A stretch of DNA of 64,000 nucleotides from Mizuhopecten yessoensis. Its lineage: Eukaryota. Position numbers and translations under genes: made by a program. Shown one piece after another: positions 61,949-64,000 of the stretch. How positions within the stretch are numbered: position 1 is the stretch's first letter; each line of letters starts with the position of its first letter. The stretch lies in the NCBI RefSeq assembly GCF_002113885.1, contig NW_018406901.1, positions 145,969 through 209,968 on the forward strand, written 5' to 3'. The notes under the pieces are model-generated. The model made no database searches and had not been told where the DNA came from. It saw nothing but the letters and a program-made list of their open reading frames with translations.

Positions 61949-62785
61949 CTAACATTGACTCTGGCAGAGAAGGTTCAACTCGCATTGACATGGGCAGAGG
62001 AGGTTTAACTCGCATTGACATGGGCAGAGGAGGTTTAACTCACATTGACTCCGGCAGAGAAGGTTTAACTCGCATTGACACGGGCAGAGAAGGTTTAACT
62101 CGCATTGACACGGGCAGGGAAGGTGTAACTCACATTGACTCCGGCAGAGAAGGTTTAACTCGCATTAACATGGGCAGAGGAGATTTAACTTGCATTGACA
62201 AGGGCAGAGAAGGTTTAACTCACATTGACACTGGCAAAGAAGGTTTAGCTCACATTGACTCTGACAGAGGAGGTTTAACTCGCATTGACATGGGCAGAGG
62301 AGGTTTAACTCGCATTGACACGGACAGAGAAGGTTTAACTCGCATTGACACGGGCAGAGAAGGATTAACTCGCATTGACTCCGACAGAGAAGATTTAACT
62401 CGCATTGACATGGGCAGGGAAGGGTTAACTCGCATTGACTCTGACAGGGAAGCTTTAACTCACATCGACAGGGCAGAGAAGGGTTAATTCACATTGACAC
62501 AGGCAGAAAAGGGTTAAATTGCATTGACTCTGACAGAAGGGTTAACTCGCATTGACTCGGACAGAGAAAATTTAACTCACATCGACTCAGGCAGAGAAAG
62601 GTTAATTCACATTGACAGGGCAGAGAAGGGTTAAATCGCATTGACTCTGACAGAAGGGTTAACTCACATTGACACAGGCAGAAAAGGGTTAAATTGCATC
62701 GACTCTGACAGAAGGGTTAACTAGCATTGACTCCGACAGAGAAGGGTTAATTCACATTGACAGGGCAGAGAAGGGTTAACTCTCA
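61949..62785. repeat. 28-30-bp minisatellite (cgcattgacatgggcagagaaggtttaact), about 28 copies, in gro intron 7
   Basis: Direct reading. Confidence 0.95.
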
Positions 62786-64000
62786 TTTACTCACAAATGA
62801 CTTGTTAACTTGTGTAAACCAGTAACTCTTATTAACTCTCATATGCGTTAGTAACTCGTATTGACTCTGGCACACAATTTAATGATGATGACTTGGATGC
62901 AGTACAGTGTAATTGTATTGACTTGGGACACCTATATAACGCATTGTGGTTCTGAATTGCAGGCTTGAATCGTAAAACAGCAGATTTCACTTTTATTGCA
63001 TTTCATGAACTGAACGAAGCCCGAGTTTTTACAATATTATATTCTTGGTTGGCAAAAATTAAACGAAATTAAAAGACGATTCAATTTGTTATTGAAGAGT
63101 ACATGCGCCTCGTGGTACTGGGGAAATGAGGATACGTGAAATTGGGGCGACAAATTTAAGTGTTTAAAGATGGGGTTTAATTTACATTAATGGAAATAAA
63201 CAACGTTTGCTATTAATAGATGTGGAAACTTGCAATGCACTCAACACTACTAATTCAACATTATGACACTGACAAACCTGATCTTTCGCGTGTAGTAAGT
63301 TCCGAGTATTGGGCATTAGTACAGATTAGCCGATGTTACCGATATTTGTCAATCCCTCTCCATGATCCTCTTTGCATGTAGGGGTATTAAATCTATTTGG
63401 TTTCGGACTTAACTGGCTGAAGATTACCGGCTAGAGAGGCTCGGTCATGGCTCGCTGCCCAACACACTCTCTCCGTAATAGAATTTATAAGATAAATACT
63501 GCCAAGTGTTAAGATCAAACCTGTTGTTGGAAATTCAAAAGGGAAAAAATCCTGCCCTCTTCTTATTACAGTAGGTTTAGCTATTGTACAGATCACTTCA
63601 AATATTGATCGAGCACTTTACGCTAAAAATGCTTACTAACTGTTGAAAATTCTGATGTTTGCTAATGAACAATAATGATATTGACACACTTGGTATATAG
63701 TTTATTCTCCCAGGGAAATACACTTTTTACAAGTTCTTTTCGCATATAAGTATAGGGTCTTTGTTGGGAGAGACATCCAAATCTTAATTGTAAATAAAAA
63801 ATCTATCTTGATTCAACTTTTTTATTTGTCAGATTTAATGTCTTTCTGGCTACAGGGAAATAGTGAAAAATCATATTTAATATTATTTTTAAACATTTCT
63901 TTATAATGTTGTCATTATTATGATGAGAAATTTTTAAATTTGAAGCGGTGCATTCCTTTTTAGGTGAAATTTAATCATTATTCACCTTACGTAAATAGTT

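Noticed and set aside
61990-62487. 165-aa repetitive ORF (GREGLTRID)n
   Set aside because: It is a 30-bp minisatellite, and the frame breaks where units become 28 bp.
58330-64000. Further groucho exons (CcN, SP, WD40 regions)
   Set aside because: No AG-bounded frame with recognisable TLE sequence was found. A micro-exon could have been missed.

Overview
Eukaryotic, AT-rich, repeat-dense animal genomic DNA. It is most likely a bivalve mollusc; this is inferred from the SINE/TRIM families and the protein sequence and is not proven. The only confidently identified gene is the 5' part of a Groucho/TLE transcriptional co-repressor on the + strand. It has seven coding exons (43140-58317) encoding the Q domain and GP region, a CCAAT/E-box/CArG promoter at about 42560-42670, and continues beyond the window. 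A weakly supported first coding exon of a divergent, possibly RFX-controlled gene lies at 1317-1392 (-). The rest is intergenic or intronic DNA containing nine mini/satellite arrays (23-40 bp units, about 14 kb in total, including a 6.8-kb 40-bp satellite), tRNA-derived SINEs and several MITEs. The most notable mobile elements are tiny LTR retrotransposons whose LTRs contain a tRNA-like Pol III promoter: one complete TRIM with PBS, PPT and 4-bp TSD, and one solo LTR of a second family. A speculative, heavily decayed protein-primed DNA polymerase B relic is seen at about 31.6-32.7 kb. No CRISPR array, rRNA or genuine tRNA gene was found. Almost all ORFs in the supplied track are spurious.
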